From the NCBI GenBank assembly GCA_963749735.1, contig CAVVNZ010000006.1:21797-85796 (forward strand): a DNA stretch of 64,000 nt, written 5' to 3'. A program made the position numbers and the translations under genes. The notes beneath the pieces were generated by a model. It was not told the DNA's origin. It did not search any database and saw only the letters and a list, made by a program, of their open reading frames with translations. The stretch comes from an uncultured Chloroflexia bacterium (GTDB taxonomy: Bacteria > Chloroflexota > Limnocylindria > Limnocylindrales > CSP1-4). Within the stretch, counting starts at the first letter, position 1, and each line of letters begins with the position of its first letter. Below are positions 63,517 to 64,000 of this stretch, in pieces.

Positions 63517-63999
63517 ATGAAGCGGCCCTCGGTCCGACTGGCCGCGCTCGTCGGGCTGGGCGTCGCCGGGGCGATCGCGCTCACCCGTCGTGGTTCGAGC
63601 GTCGCGACCGGCCACGCCGTCGACGGCGGGGTGCTCATGGGCGATCCGGCCGGCTACGACCGGCTCAGCCGCCTGCTCTTCGATCCGCTCTTCCGCGGCA
63701 TCGCCGCGGACGTCGCGAAGGCGGTGCCGCCGCCGGCGACGATCCTCGAGGTGGGCTGTGGGCCGGGTCAGCTGTCCATCCGTCTGGCGCGGTCGCACGG
63801 CTTCACCGTCACCGGGCTCGATCTCGATCCGGCGATGATCGAGCGTGCCCGCGCCCACGCGCCTGGGTCCTCCGCTGACGGCAGTGGCCCTCAGCCGACC
63901 TTCGTCGTCGGCGACGTCGCGGCCCTGCCGTTCGCGGACGCGTCGTTCGACGTGGCGATCAGCACGTTCTCGATGCATCACTGGGCCGATCGGACCGCG
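63517..63999 (+). CDS. Class I SAM-dependent methyltransferase, 3'-truncated by window edge
   Basis: ILEVGCGPG, GLDLD..MI, GDVAALPFADASFD, STFSMHHW. Confidence 0.88.
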   Translation, partial: MKRPSVRLAALVGLGVAGAIALTRRGSSVATGHAVDGGVLMGDPAGYDRLSRLLFDPLFRGIAADVAKAVPPPATILEVGCGPGQLSIRLARSHGFTVTGLDLDPAMIERARAHAPGSSADGSGPQPTFVVGDVAALPFADASFDVAISTFSMHHWADRTA

Positions 64000-64000
64000 G

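Overview
Very GC-rich bacterial chromosomal window; the gene content and style suggest Chloroflexota (Limnocylindria-like), which is an inference only. From left to right it contains the 3' end of an oligopeptide ABC operon, a two-gene NAD synthetase and rsmI. Next is a ~11.5-kb accessory patch (6.6-18.1 kb) with a GT87, lipoproteins, an ECF sigma/anti-sigma pair, DUF1992, an SSB paralog, gene relics and hairpin clusters. Then come a purine operon (purA-D-B-C-S-Q-L-F-M-purN/purH fusion, no purE/K), metG-tatD, CIRCE-controlled groESL, pcrA-oxidase-ligA, a split gatCA/gatB cluster, a BMP-type nucleoside ABC transporter, a GGDEF-EAL protein, a zincin, a frameshifted comB-like gene and a methyltransferase. 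I found no rRNA, tRNA, CRISPR array, integrase or transposase. The most notable observations are: (1) a MetRS whose HIGH motif reads GLHT; (2) an unassigned multi-stem leader RNA plus terminator ahead of the pur operon; (3) three or four dispersed copies or relics of one small gene in the accessory patch; (4) a family of C-loop hairpins behind a shared -10-like motif (candidate sRNAs); (5) many apparently leaderless genes. All calls come from reading the sequence by eye; no searches were run.
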